Shown here in pieces: positions 36,196 to 45,331 of a stretch of DNA of 64,000 nt. The position numbers and the translations under genes are program-made. Location: assembly GCA_017503075.1 (NCBI GenBank), contig JAFVTU010000015.1, positions 36,071 to 100,070 of the forward strand. The letters run 5' to 3'. This stretch comes from Paludibacteraceae bacterium (GTDB lineage: Bacteria; Bacteroidota; Bacteroidia; Bacteroidales; Paludibacteraceae). The stretch's first letter is position 1; each line of letters opens with the position of its first letter. Under the pieces are notes generated by a model. It did no database searches, was not told where the DNA came from, and saw only the letters and a program-made list of their open reading frames with translations.

Positions 36196-37932
36196 TTATT
36201 TAGTACTACTTTCCTTAACGATCTCTGTCGCCCTAGCTAATGCGCCATTGATATGTCCACGTATATTTTCCTTGCCAATCATCTTTACTAGGCCTGCTTT
36301 ATCAAGCACTTTAAAGACGTTTTCATTCACACCAGATAATACTAAGGTCATTCCACAACGCTGTGAACGCATGTAAAGTTGTTCTAGATTGTGAATACCT
36401 GTAGAGTCCATGAATGATACTTTTCGCATGCGTAATATGCGGACTTTTTGCCCATCCGTTCCCATCCGTTGACTAATTTCATCAAATTTGTTGGCAATAC
36501 CGAAGAAGTATGGGCCATCAATTTCATATACTTCTGTGTGTGGCGGAATTTGTAACATATCTAGGTCATTGCCATGCAAGCGAATATCATTTTGATGTGT
36601 AGGGTCTATTTCATCCGAGAAAGACCGAATAACAGTAGCTTCGTTGGTTCGTTTTAGGAACAAAATAACTGCCAAGAGCATACCCACTTCTAGTGCTACG
36701 GTGAGGTCAAAAATGACTGTTAAACTAAAAGTAACAAGCATTACAATGAAATCTGACTTTGGCGCTTTTGAAAGCCATAAAAATGATCTCCATCCCGACA
36801 TGTTATAACTAACTATGATGAGTACACCAGCTAGACATGCCAATGGAATCATACCTACTAATGGCCCCAAAAATAACAATACCAAAAGTAGTACGACAGC
36901 ATGTACAATTCCTGCTATAGGAGTACGCCCTCCATTATTTATGTTGGCCATAGTTCTAGCAATAGCGCCTGTAGCAGGAATGCCACCGAAGAAAGGAACT
37001 ACCACATTGGCTAGACCTTGTGCAATTAATTCTGTATTGGAATTGTGTTTATCTCCAATTACACCATCTGCCACCATAGCAGAGAGCAATGATTCTATAG
37101 CGCCTAATAGTGCAATAGTAAAGGCTGATGGGAAGAGTTCTTGTACTAAAGTAAGCAATGTCTTTCCCTCTGTCAGTTGTAGGGTGGGAAGTTGAGGTGT
37201 TGGCATGCCAGTAGGTAAGGTATATAAATCCCCAATCGTAGTGATTGAAGTGATATTCCCATACTTACGTAACAACCACACAACCAATGTCATGAGTATA
37301 ATAGCTACTAATGAACCTGGTATTTTTTTACTAATCTTAGTAGAAAAAATAATAATTAATATAGAGGCAATACCTATAGCGAATGCCCACCAATTAATAT
37401 TTCTCCAATGTTCAAAATAGCAAATCCATTTATGAATAAAGTCAGCAGGAGCGTCTTTAATTCCCATACCAAAAAGATCATTCATTTGGGTTGTAAAGAT
37501 AGTAATCGCAATACCCGCTGTAAAACCAACAATCACAGGATAGGGTACAAACTTAATGACATTCCCTAATTTGAATACTCCCATCACAATTAGCAGGATA
37601 CCAGCCATGATGGTGGCGATAAGCAAACCAGTGATGCCGTGTTGTTGAATAATACCATAAATGATTACAATAAATGCACCTGTTGGACCTCCAATCTGTA
37701 CTTTACTTCCTCCTAAAGCAGAAATAAGAAAACCAGCAATAATTGCAGTCACTAGACCTTCGGTTGGTCCGACGCCAGATGAAATACCAAATGCAATAGC
37801 TAGCGGAATAGCCACTACTGCAACTATCATACCTGCAATTAGGTCTTGCATGAATTGTTGCTTTGTATAGTGACGAAAAGTTGTGAATAACTTTGGACAA
37901 AAAACATCTTTAAAAGAAAAAAAGTTTTGCAT
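36196..37932 (-). CDS. SulP-family anion transporter with a C-terminal STAS domain
   Basis: 578 aa. A polytopic N-terminal part, then a cytosolic STAS-like tail (RILRMRKVSFMDSTGIHNLEQL). Confidence 0.85.
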   Translation of the reverse strand: MQNFFSFKDVFCPKLFTTFRHYTKQQFMQDLIAGMIVAVVAIPLAIAFGISSGVGPTEGLVTAIIAGFLISALGGSKVQIGGPTGAFIVIIYGIIQQHGITGLLIATIMAGILLIVMGVFKLGNVIKFVPYPVIVGFTAGIAITIFTTQMNDLFGMGIKDAPADFIHKWICYFEHWRNINWWAFAIGIASILIIIFSTKISKKIPGSLVAIILMTLVVWLLRKYGNITSITTIGDLYTLPTGMPTPQLPTLQLTEGKTLLTLVQELFPSAFTIALLGAIESLLSAMVADGVIGDKHNSNTELIAQGLANVVVPFFGGIPATGAIARTMANINNGGRTPIAGIVHAVVLLLVLLFLGPLVGMIPLACLAGVLIIVSYNMSGWRSFLWLSKAPKSDFIVMLVTFSLTVIFDLTVALEVGMLLAVILFLKRTNEATVIRSFSDEIDPTHQNDIRLHGNDLDMLQIPPHTEVYEIDGPYFFGIANKFDEISQRMGTDGQKVRILRMRKVSFMDSTGIHNLEQLYMRSQRCGMTLVLSGVNENVFKVLDKAGLVKMIGKENIRGHINGALARATEIVKESSTK

Positions 37933-37974
37933 ATTACCTTAAATCAAACATTTACAAATCAAACAAGTTTATTG

Positions 37975-38445
37975 TTATTCGTGATGATATGGTTCTCCAC
38001 GAAGAATGGTCATAGCCCTATACATTTGTTCCACAAAAAATAATCGTACCATTTGATGCGAGAAAGTCATTTTACTCAATGAAATTTTTCCATTTGCTCG
38101 TTGATAGACATTATCCGAAAAACCATATGGTCCACCAATTACAAATGTTACATCTCGGCTGGATAACATCTTTTTTTGAATGTAATCTGCAAATTCAACA
38201 GAGCGAAATTCATTACCGTGCTCATCTAGGAGCACCAAATCCGTAGTAGGTTGGATGGTATGTAATATAATATCGCCTTCAGCAATCTTTTGTTGCTCAG
38301 GTGTAAGTGCTTTGGTATTTTTTAATTCAGGAATAACTTGTAGAGTGAATGAGATATAGCGAGTGAGTCGCTTTTGATATTCTTGTATTAACTGTTCAAT
38401 ATGAGCATTTGTGGTTCGTCCCACAACTAGAAGCGTAAATTTCAT
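37975..38445 (-). CDS. rlmH: 23S rRNA (pseudouridine1915-N3)-methyltransferase
   Basis: 156 aa with the SPOUT fold signature and a C-terminus ending ...LRGEPYHHE. Confidence 0.88.
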   Translation of the reverse strand: MKFTLLVVGRTTNAHIEQLIQEYQKRLTRYISFTLQVIPELKNTKALTPEQQKIAEGDIILHTIQPTTDLVLLDEHGNEFRSVEFADYIQKKMLSSRDVTFVIGGPYGFSDNVYQRANGKISLSKMTFSHQMVRLFFVEQMYRAMTILRGEPYHHE

Positions 38446-39182
38446 AATCCTCTCTGTTTTTTTATATGCTCATAAGCTTCATTGATACCACGAAATTTTT
38501 CTGTAGCTTGTTTGCGAATTTCTTCTCCAGCGGTAGCAACTTTATCTGGATGAAATTTCATAGCCATACGGCGGTATGCTTTCTTTATTTCTTCATCCGT
38601 GGCAGAAGGAGATATTTCTAATGCTTTATATGCCCAATTGTTGTCTTTTTGTCGTTGGTATAATGCGAGTATTGATTGATAATCAGCTGGTTGTATGGAT
38701 AAGTTGATGGCGATTTGTTCTATTGCTATTATTTCTTGTTGGTTAATGTCTCCATCAGATTTAGCGACATCTAACAATAAATGCACCAATTCTAGTCGTG
38801 TGGAGTAATTGGTATGCTGACTGATTTGATGTGTTACAGCTATGGAATCTATATCCTTGCTCAGTAATTCTTTGAGAAGTTGCAGAGCCTGTTTAGCTCC
38901 TGCTTCGCCAAAATTACGAACAAGAAATGGTTTGATGTAATTAATCTCTGACTTTAATATTTGTCCGTCTGCTTTTATTACACATGCAATGAGTACAATA
39001 ATTGATACTTGTATATCTCCTTGTGTTGCACGACGATATCCCTGTGACGAGTTGGTCCCGTTCTCTTGTATAACTTGTTTACTCGCATCAAATAGCGAAG
39101 CAATAAATACTCCAATCAATGCACCTATAGGTCCGCCTATAGCAAAGCCTAAACCTCCAAATAGCCATTTACCAATAGACAT
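38442..39182 (-). CDS. DjlA-like co-chaperone (TM anchor, TerB-like domain, C-terminal J domain)
   Basis: The J-domain segment is AYKALEISPSATDEEIKKAYRRMAMKFHPDK. The middle region is TerB-like. Confidence 0.75.
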   Translation of the reverse strand: MSIGKWLFGGLGFAIGGPIGALIGVFIASLFDASKQVIQENGTNSSQGYRRATQGDIQVSIIVLIACVIKADGQILKSEINYIKPFLVRNFGEAGAKQALQLLKELLSKDIDSIAVTHQISQHTNYSTRLELVHLLLDVAKSDGDINQQEIIAIEQIAINLSIQPADYQSILALYQRQKDNNWAYKALEISPSATDEEIKKAYRRMAMKFHPDKVATAGEEIRKQATEKFRGINEAYEHIKKQRGL

Positions 39183-39200
39183 ATGCTATATAAATACTAG

Positions 39201-39998
39201 TTAATTACTTTTATTGTTAAGATATCTTAGCGCATGTTGCAAATCCTCTGGAGTATCTATTCCGATAGAGATATGTTCTGTCACTGCAACACGAATTGTT
39301 AACCCATTTTCCAACCATCGAAGTTGCTCTAAGCACTCCATTTTTTCTAAGGAAGAAGGTGGCATTTGGGTAATTTTTTGCAAAACATCAGCTCGATATG
39401 CGTACATACCAATATGGCGGTAATGTTTTCTTTGTTGTAGCCATTCGTTGGGTTGTAAGCCACGTATATAAGGAATGATATTGCGTGAAAAATACATGGC
39501 ACGTCCAGTCGTTGCTTTCTCAAGATTATTCTCAAACGCAATGGCGACTTTCACATAATTAGAATTTTGCAAGTCATTGAGCGTGTCGTTTTCTGTAAAA
39601 GGATGTACCAAAGTCGCAATTTCTGTAGGAAAACAATTAATTAGCGCCTGTATTTGATTTGGTTGAATAAATGGCTCATCTCCCTGAATATTTATCACTA
39701 CTGTTTCTGAATGATTAATAGGAGATGTACTAGCAGCACAATAATGTTGGTACGCCTCATACACTCGATCTGTTCCACAAGTATGGTTGGGGGAGGTCAT
39801 TATCACTTCACCACCAAATGCTTTTACACAGTCGTAGATACGTTGATCGTCAGTTGCCACAATGACTGTGTCCAATACTGTTTTAGCTTGTTCATAGACA
39901 CGCTGAATCATTGGCTTACCTTTTAAATCCACTAGTGGTTTTCCTGGAAAGCGAGAACTTGCGTAACGAGCAGGAATGATAGCGAGAAACTTTTTCAT
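39201..39998 (-). CDS. kdsB: 3-deoxy-manno-octulosonate cytidylyltransferase
   Basis: AIIPARYASSRFPGKPL N-terminal motif. 265 aa. Confidence 0.88.
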   Translation of the reverse strand: MKKFLAIIPARYASSRFPGKPLVDLKGKPMIQRVYEQAKTVLDTVIVATDDQRIYDCVKAFGGEVIMTSPNHTCGTDRVYEAYQHYCAASTSPINHSETVVINIQGDEPFIQPNQIQALINCFPTEIATLVHPFTENDTLNDLQNSNYVKVAIAFENNLEKATTGRAMYFSRNIIPYIRGLQPNEWLQQRKHYRHIGMYAYRADVLQKITQMPPSSLEKMECLEQLRWLENGLTIRVAVTEHISIGIDTPEDLQHALRYLNNKSN

Positions 39999-40031
39999 AG
40001 TTGAATAACTATTTTATAACTCTCGGTATGA

Positions 40032-42509
40032 CTATATTTCCTCGTCATCATCAATGTATTTATAGGATGACTCTGTAGTCTTTTTTGCTAATTTGGAGCG
40101 AAGATAGTCAAACCCATAGCGATATTTTTTAGACTTGTTACCATATCCATAATTTGCTCCATATCCATAACCATAGCCATATCCATAGCCATATCCATAC
40201 CCATATCCGTACCCATATCCATATCCATAACTTTTACCTGCTTTTGGAGCAGAAATATCAGAAAGAACAAGGTTAATCTTATCCTTATGATGCATAGAAA
40301 GATTTTCCAATGTTTGTTTTGCAAATCGTTTGTCCGTTGACATACAACGTAGTACATATAGAGTAATATCTGTTTGTTCTATCAATGCCATTGCATCAGG
40401 TACAATACCTACAGGAGATGAGTCAATAATCAAAAATGTATAACGTTTACGCAATATATCAAACATTTCAGCCAATTTTTCGCTACGAATCAATTCGCCA
40501 GGATTTGGAGGTATTGTTCCCGCAGGAATCACATCAAAACCTAGCTCTTCGTTGTGCAAAATAATATCATCCAATGTACAATCTCCAATAAGATAATTGG
40601 TTACACCGATAGATGCCTCTAGTCCCAATTTATCATGCACATTAGGCTTGCGAATATCCATATCTATTATAACGGTTGGATGCCCCGTCATAGAGTATAA
40701 CGCCGCTAAGTTTGTGCTGATAAATGTTTTACCATCTCCTGATTGCGATGAGGTAATTGTGATTGATATGTTTGTCTTGCGAAGAACCTTAAACTCTATA
40801 CGCATGCGAATATTTCGCAACATTTCCGCATATGTTGAGCGGGGTTTTTTGCGTGCATATGTAGGATTCTGAGATTTTACATGACGCAATGCACCCAGTA
40901 GGTCAAAAGTGCTTAATCTTTCGGCTTCTTTAGGAGTCCGAATCTTATTATTTAATAATTCTGATAGAATTAATATCAATAATGGAATCAAAAGACCTAT
41001 TGCCAAATATGTCATAGTATTTTTGCGCTTCTCCTTACTGTTCATTGAGCGGGTAGTACGCGCTCGATCCATGATTTCGCTATCAGGAGTATTTCCTGCT
41101 TTTTGAATTTCTGCTTCAGCGCGTTTTTGAAGGAAGAAGGTGTAATAGTTATCATCAATGCGATAGTTTCGTTCTATCGACACCATTTGCAATTCTTTTT
41201 CAGGCAAACTTTGAATTTCGCGCTCTACTTCTCTAATTCGTATATCTAAATCTTTCTTCTCAATTTCAAGCGAAGTTAACATAGATTGGACAACTTCAGC
41301 TATGGCAGATTTCACATTGTTAATGTCACTTGTATATTTGGCATAATACACATTCTTTTGGCTTAATTCTCCTCGTTGAATGTGTAGGTCATTCAGTTGT
41401 TGTACCAATTGCATTAGCATTGGCTCATTCAACCCCAATGTAGCTGGAGCTATCACCGAACCTTGATCTATCTTTTGGTTCAAGTAGTCTGATAAATAAT
41501 CCAGATATGTCTCCTTCAAGCGTAAAGCCATTTTTTGTTGATCATATTGGCTTACTTTTGACATTAGTCCACCAGCATATGAGTTGACATCCACAAACTT
41601 GTTTTCCTGACGGAAATTGGTCATTGCACCTTCGCTTTCAGTTAGACTTCGTTGCAGAACTTCTAGTTGATCGTTAATAAATGCGATAGATTTCTCTGCA
41701 ACCATATTTTTGCGCTCAACATTTTGCAATAAATAGATATCAGACAATTTATCAATAAATTCACGATCACGTTCTGGAGTCTCACCAACTAATTGAATTC
41801 CTAAGACCGTGCTGCGTTCTGTTAAAAAGTTGAGTTGTAAGCGACTCGAAAATTCATCCGTTAGACTTTCACGACTACGAAAACGGAAATATACATATTG
41901 ACCAGGATGCATCATCATATTGGTTGGCCATATACGAGCTGTAAACAAACTGGTTTCTAGTTCTTCACCATAGCGAGTTACATAAGAGAATGGGTAGTTC
42001 TCATCAAAAGTATTAATCAATAACGAACCGTCTTCTTGTACAGTACAGCGGAATAAGTGTTGATATCCTGCTGGGTCTACCTTCGAATATTCTACAGATA
42101 TTGGAGAGTTGCGATAAATATTTCTAGTTTTGAAGCGACCCTTTGTAATGTATTCAACATTCATATATGGCAGGGAATCTACCGTACGAGCAATCAAATC
42201 ATAGCTGCCCAAGAGTATTAGTTGGTTATTTACATTTGTATAACCAGCACCCACTCCAAAACCTTGCATAAGAGAAGCTGATCCATAGCCGCCACCGCTC
42301 GATTCTTTGATAATCATTGTGCCTGTTGTCAGATACCTCTCAATCACGCGCCTATTCTTTAGGTAGGCCAATGAAAAGGCTATTACAGCTGCTATTGCAA
42401 ACAAATACCAATGGCGTAGGATACGAATGACCCACTCCAAAATATCAAAACTTGATTTTTCTTCTTCAAAGGGCATGCCTCCATTCTGAAGTATTTCGTC
42501 TTGTGCCAT
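40032..42509 (-). CDS. Polysaccharide co-polymerase / tyrosine autokinase (Wzc/GumC-like) with a Tyr-Gly repeat tail
   Basis: 825 aa. It has a Wzz-type N-terminal region with two TM helices and a coiled-coil periplasmic domain, a Walker A segment SSQSGDGKTF, and a C-terminal Tyr cluster. Confidence 0.85.
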   Translation of the reverse strand: MAQDEILQNGGMPFEEEKSSFDILEWVIRILRHWYLFAIAAVIAFSLAYLKNRRVIERYLTTGTMIIKESSGGGYGSASLMQGFGVGAGYTNVNNQLILLGSYDLIARTVDSLPYMNVEYITKGRFKTRNIYRNSPISVEYSKVDPAGYQHLFRCTVQEDGSLLINTFDENYPFSYVTRYGEELETSLFTARIWPTNMMMHPGQYVYFRFRSRESLTDEFSSRLQLNFLTERSTVLGIQLVGETPERDREFIDKLSDIYLLQNVERKNMVAEKSIAFINDQLEVLQRSLTESEGAMTNFRQENKFVDVNSYAGGLMSKVSQYDQQKMALRLKETYLDYLSDYLNQKIDQGSVIAPATLGLNEPMLMQLVQQLNDLHIQRGELSQKNVYYAKYTSDINNVKSAIAEVVQSMLTSLEIEKKDLDIRIREVEREIQSLPEKELQMVSIERNYRIDDNYYTFFLQKRAEAEIQKAGNTPDSEIMDRARTTRSMNSKEKRKNTMTYLAIGLLIPLLILILSELLNNKIRTPKEAERLSTFDLLGALRHVKSQNPTYARKKPRSTYAEMLRNIRMRIEFKVLRKTNISITITSSQSGDGKTFISTNLAALYSMTGHPTVIIDMDIRKPNVHDKLGLEASIGVTNYLIGDCTLDDIILHNEELGFDVIPAGTIPPNPGELIRSEKLAEMFDILRKRYTFLIIDSSPVGIVPDAMALIEQTDITLYVLRCMSTDKRFAKQTLENLSMHHKDKINLVLSDISAPKAGKSYGYGYGYGYGYGYGYGYGYGYGYGANYGYGNKSKKYRYGFDYLRSKLAKKTTESSYKYIDDDEEI
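40140..40229 (-). repeat. Coding repeat: (Tyr-Gly)12 followed by A-N-YGYG
   Basis: The + strand triplets tcc/acc/gcc/ccc alternate with ata/gta across 40158-40229. The synonymous variation means the DNA repeat is imperfect. Confidence 0.85.
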
Positions 42510-42555
42510 ATATAGTTAATTTTCTTTTATCTTATTGTTATATATTCTTTTTTGA

Positions 42556-43317
42556 TTACCAAACACCAGGAATGTAATTCAATACTGTAATTAATAATGA
42601 TACTGAACTTGTAATCAGTGCTAAGAAACCACTATAACTACTTTGTTTGTAGAAACTACCCTGATCTCGACTTACATATATCAAGTCATTAGGATAAACA
42701 TAGTAATATCTTGAATCAATAATACTATTTGTGCGGATGTCAAATTCCAGAATCTCAGGCTCCGCATTACCATGAGGGCGAATGATACGCACATGTCTAC
42801 GATCTCCAGAATTCATCAAATCACCCGACATTGCTAAAGCTTGAAATATTGTCATTCTCTCCTTATAAATATTATATACACCCGAATTAGCATCACCCAA
42901 TACCGTGAAACGCTTGTTATACATTGCCAATTTTACATCGGCATCAGGGATAATTTCGCGAAAAGCTTTCTTCAATGTGTCTTGAGCTTCTAATTCCGTC
43001 AAACCTTCTAATTTTATGGGGGATAGGAATGGGATATCCACCGTACCATCCGAGTAAATTCGATAAGCATTTGCATATTGTCCTGCGTTATTGTTATTTG
43101 CAGAAAGTGTCTTCGCTATTGTCTCATCCATTGTCACTACTCGATAAATGATTTCATCATTCACCTGCAAACGATACGGCTCATAAGCAGCGGAATCATA
43201 TTGGGGTAAATCTTCACGCTCTTGCAGTAATCCTACCTGACGATAACCATAACATCCTGTCATCGTGAGCAATAGGAGAACAAAACTAATATGTTGTATT
43301 ATCTTTTTCATCATCAT
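42556..43317 (-). CDS. Polysaccharide export outer-membrane lipoprotein (Wza/BexD/CtrA family), paralogue 2
   Basis: Lipobox LLLTMTGC and a PES motif region (YRLQVNDEIIYRV). I placed the start at one of three consecutive ATGs (43317), downstream of the neighbour's stop. Confidence 0.75.
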   Translation of the reverse strand: MMMKKIIQHISFVLLLLTMTGCYGYRQVGLLQEREDLPQYDSAAYEPYRLQVNDEIIYRVVTMDETIAKTLSANNNNAGQYANAYRIYSDGTVDIPFLSPIKLEGLTELEAQDTLKKAFREIIPDADVKLAMYNKRFTVLGDANSGVYNIYKERMTIFQALAMSGDLMNSGDRRHVRIIRPHGNAEPEILEFDIRTNSIIDSRYYYVYPNDLIYVSRDQGSFYKQSSYSGFLALITSSVSLLITVLNYIPGVW

Positions 43318-43327
43318 ATCTCCTATT

Positions 43328-44161
43328 TTATTCTGTGGCTTCCACACGATTTATTATTCGAACAACCAAACCATATACAAAACCGCCAAATGCCAATGTT
43401 GTGGCTGCTACACTGATGCCTGTTGTCACAGAATTTATGCCAAAACTTTGGCCTTTAATCCGCTGTATGTAGATCACATCATTAGGCTCAATGTAATAAA
43501 ATTCTGAGTTTACGATATCTTCCGAACGTACATCAAACACTTTTACTTGGGTGTTACCTTCGATTTCTCGAACGATCCGTACTTTGCTACGATCACCAAA
43601 ATCACCAATATCGCCAGCCATTGCCAAAGCCTCAAAAATGGTCACTTTTTCTTTGTCCAATGAAAATGTGCCACTTCCATGATCGCTAATCACACTAAAT
43701 GAACGACGAACAATATTCACTTCCACAGAGAGCAACTTGAGGTCAGTTTGGTCTTGCACATATTCCATCAACTTATGCTCTAAATCATTTTTAATCTCAC
43801 GAGTGGTCTTGCCCCGCACTTCCAAACGACCAACCATCGGATAATCTATTGTACCGTCTTCATATACTAGATATGTATACAAATCATACGAACCGCCCAT
43901 ATTGTTTCCTTGGCGTATTTGTGAGCTATTTATTCCGTTGCCAGAAGCATTGAACATGCTACTTACTCGCTCATCGATAGAGTATACATACACATATAGG
44001 CGGTCACCCGTACGCACATAATAGTCTTCATAACTTAATGTGTCTGTATATGCAGGTATGCCTTTTTGACCAGCTTTTTGCATCAAATTTACTTTTTTGC
44101 TAGTCACACACGAAGCCATTAGTAATGGCAATAATAATATCAAAAATTTTCTAATATACAT
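43328..44161 (-). CDS. Polysaccharide export outer-membrane lipoprotein (Wza/BexD/CtrA family), paralogue 1
   Basis: Lipobox LLMASC and a YYVRTGDRLYVYV motif. The C-terminal layout matches the neighbouring paralogue. Confidence 0.75.
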   Translation of the reverse strand: MYIRKFLILLLPLLMASCVTSKKVNLMQKAGQKGIPAYTDTLSYEDYYVRTGDRLYVYVYSIDERVSSMFNASGNGINSSQIRQGNNMGGSYDLYTYLVYEDGTIDYPMVGRLEVRGKTTREIKNDLEHKLMEYVQDQTDLKLLSVEVNIVRRSFSVISDHGSGTFSLDKEKVTIFEALAMAGDIGDFGDRSKVRIVREIEGNTQVKVFDVRSEDIVNSEFYYIEPNDVIYIQRIKGQSFGINSVTTGISVAATTLAFGGFVYGLVVRIINRVEATE

Positions 44162-44174
44162 CTTTGCGACTTAA

Positions 44175-45152
44175 TTATCTCTTTTCATCCCATCCAAAAG
44201 GATGTTTCGCTAGTGGTAATTTGGCTAATGGGTGATAGTCACCAACTAGTCCAATTGGTTGTGCTGTACGGATGGTACTTACAATTTCAATGCTTGGACG
44301 TGCTTCTGAGATGCGGAAACCATTGCCTGCCAAAATTTGCTTATAACTCTCGGTATGCAACTCAGTGAAGCCTTGACTAAACTCAAACTCTTCTCCGTCA
44401 ATGGATAATGTGCGATATGTTCTCTTCTCGCCTTGCACAGCATTAGCAGGCAAGCAATCAGCATTGATACTCAAGAAGTAACGTACACGAGCATGCTCCA
44501 AATCTAGGTAGCCTGCTACACGGTCAAACGACATCACATGAACAATGTTTTGTTTTACAGGACCAAAAATCCATTGTAGCATGTCGTAGAAGTGTACGCC
44601 AATATTGGTAGCTATGCCACCTGCTTTGTGGATATCACCTTTCCATGAACTATAGTACCATTTGCCACGACTAGTAATATAGGTCAAATCTACATCGTAA
44701 ATCTTATCTTTAGGACCGTTCTGTACCTTCTCACGCAAGGCTGCAATCTTATCATGCAAACGCAATTGCAGAATAGTATAAGCCTGACAACCCGTCTCTT
44801 GTTCCAATTCCACTAGGTTGTCGATGTTGTATGGATTCAGTACCAATGGTTTCTCGCATATCACATTACATCCCAAACGCAATCCATAGCGGATAAATGC
44901 ATCGTGCGTGTAGTTGGGCGTACAAATACTCACCCAAGATAGTGGGTTGTCAGTGCGCATTTGCTTGGAGCAGAAACGATCAAACTGCTCATTCTCGGTA
45001 AAGAACGAACAATCAGGGAAACTAGCATCTAGTCTTCCTACGGAGTCAAACTTATCATAAGCAACCATTAGGTTATTTCCTGTATCTGCGATGGCTTTGA
45101 TATGGCGTGGCGCAATATAGCCAGCGGCGCCAATTAATGCAAAATTGTGCAT
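44175..45152 (-). CDS. Gfo/Idh/MocA-family oxidoreductase (WbpB-like sugar-nucleotide dehydrogenase)
   Basis: FALIGAAGYIAPRHIKAI Rossmann N-terminus. 325 aa. First gene of the export operon. Confidence 0.7.
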   Translation of the reverse strand: MHNFALIGAAGYIAPRHIKAIADTGNNLMVAYDKFDSVGRLDASFPDCSFFTENEQFDRFCSKQMRTDNPLSWVSICTPNYTHDAFIRYGLRLGCNVICEKPLVLNPYNIDNLVELEQETGCQAYTILQLRLHDKIAALREKVQNGPKDKIYDVDLTYITSRGKWYYSSWKGDIHKAGGIATNIGVHFYDMLQWIFGPVKQNIVHVMSFDRVAGYLDLEHARVRYFLSINADCLPANAVQGEKRTYRTLSIDGEEFEFSQGFTELHTESYKQILAGNGFRISEARPSIEIVSTIRTAQPIGLVGDYHPLAKLPLAKHPFGWDEKR

Positions 45153-45181
45153 GTAAATCCTCCTTATATATAATTAGCCCA

Positions 45182-45212
45182 CAAAGGTACAACTTTTTTT
45201 GCAATTATGCAA
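45182..45212 (-). promoter_or_regulatory. Promoter of the oxidoreductase/wza/wzc unit
   Basis: caaaggta at 45182-45189 followed by a T-run and gcaa. Confidence 0.55.
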
Positions 45213-45250
45213 GAAAAAAACAAGAAACTTATTTTTTCTTTATTAATAAT

Positions 45251-45284
45251 AAAAAAGAGTCGCCTCTAAGGCAACTCTTTTTTC
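45251..45284 (-). terminator. Rho-independent terminator of ppdK
   Basis: aaaaaagagtcgcc tctaa ggcaactctttttt. The imperfect stem is flanked by A and T runs. Confidence 0.7.
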
Positions 45285-45331
45285 TATTTTTTTGCTTTCC
45301 AAAATGCTTGTGGCATTATGGAAACGACTAA

